This document shows, piece by piece, positions 63,193 to 64,000 of a stretch of 64,000 nt of DNA. The translations under genes and the position numbers were made by a program. Position 1 is the stretch's first letter. Each line of letters begins with the position of its first letter. The notes beneath the pieces were generated by a model. It saw only the letters and a program-made list of their open reading frames with translations, was not told where the DNA came from and did not search any database. The DNA is taken from NCBI GenBank assembly GCA_965644295.1, contig CBFFRP010000360.1, forward strand, positions 1 through 64,000, written 5' to 3'. Origin of the DNA: Paraphysomonas bandaiensis. Taxonomy: Eukaryota > Protista > Chrysophyceae.

Positions 63193-64000
63193 TTACGCAT
63201 ACTTTCTAGGAGTTGCACTGAATTTAGGAACAGGGAACGGAGTTGTGAACAAAAACTCTTTCTGAGAGTACGGGGGTGAATCTTCTGCAATAGTAAATTC
63301 ATAGTCTTGTACAAGGCGGCATATCAGCGAGAACATCTCCACTTCAGCTAACCGGCCGCCTAAACACATTCTAGGGCCAAAAGAAAATGGAGTAGCGAGT
63401 AGACGATGATCGAGAACCTCAGCCGGAGTACCTTTTCGACCGGAAACAGCATCTGGTAGCCACCTTTCAGGCATATATTTGTCCGCATTGTCGACAACAC
63501 GGGGATCAGCCTGAATGGTTTTGGTATTGAAGTTGATACGCATTCCAGCGGGAATTGTATATCCACGCAGGGAAATATCAGTGTCCAGGACACGAAATCC
63601 GATTGTGGTATTCGCAGGAGTAAACCGCTGGGTCTCACGGTAACATGCCTGCATATATGGCAGAGGCACGTCTTTGTGATAATCTGCACCATTTAGTTTT
63701 TCCTTCAGTTCGTTCGCGAGGATAGCTTGTTTATCAGGATTAGCAGCGAGATTGACTAAGTTCCACATCAGCACCGCAGATGTAGTGTCAACAGCAGCAA
63801 AAAGCAACCCGCCTAGCTCAGAACCCGCTTGTTCAGGAGACAGAGCGCCACGCTTGAGCAAGCGTTTTAAGTAGCACTCTGTTTCATGCACCGGTTTCTG
63901 TCCAACTCCATCCCAAACCTTCTCCACATCTTCTTCCATCTCGGACATTGTAGCGGAAGCATCATAGTTTATTTTCTCCCCAATATCCCCAACAGCCTCC
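63193..64000 (-). CDS. Cytochrome P450, C-terminal part (5' end outside the window)
   Basis: I-helix AAVDTT, ExxR (ETQR), PERW and heme motif FSFGPRMCLG. Confidence 0.95.
   Translation of the reverse strand, partial: EAVGDIGEKINYDASATMSEMEEDVEKVWDGVGQKPVHETECYLKRLLKRGALSPEQAGSELGGLLFAAVDTTSAVLMWNLVNLAANPDKQAILANELKEKLNGADYHKDVPLPYMQACYRETQRFTPANTTIGFRVLDTDISLRGYTIPAGMRINFNTKTIQADPRVVDNADKYMPERWLPDAVSGRKGTPAEVLDHRLLATPFSFGPRMCLGGRLAEVEMFSLICRLVQDYEFTIAEDSPPYSQKEFLFTTPFPVPKFSATPRKYA

Overview
Eukaryotic, intron-rich genomic DNA with short GT-AG introns, mostly about 50-120 nt. It is most consistent with a stramenopile protist; this is inferred from the histone and gene repertoire, not proven. 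It holds about 22 host genes that alternate strand almost perfectly, forming head-to-head pairs. The pairs are: AKR/DIX protein; coiled-coil protein/Crinkler-like NTPase; H3/H4 (twice, as a ~1.76 kb inverted duplication); TPR-JmjC/inositol 5-phosphatase; kinase-methyltransferase/GPD1; low-complexity protein/EMG1; LOG/RING-TRAF; hybrid histidine kinase/DDT protein; acyl-CoA dehydrogenase/eIF2-beta. Histone H1 and a partial P450 are unpaired here. Mobile DNA comprises an apparently intact Mutator-type element, a non-coding LTR retroelement plus a related solo LTR, an internally deleted hAT element, and a 3.1 kb TIR element with LINE-like and exon-repeat cargo. The most notable signals are: (i) a coherent histone regulatory set, namely a 3' stem-loop on H1, H3 and H4, a shared downstream TGGA..TAT motif, and a 14-bp promoter element shared by H1 and H4; (ii) the head-to-head architecture, with purine-pyrimidine-alternating shared upstream regions; (iii) unusual secretory-pathway enzymes (a kinase-methyltransferase fusion and a TPR-JmjC protein). 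Gene models were assembled by eye, so internal exon boundaries are approximate.
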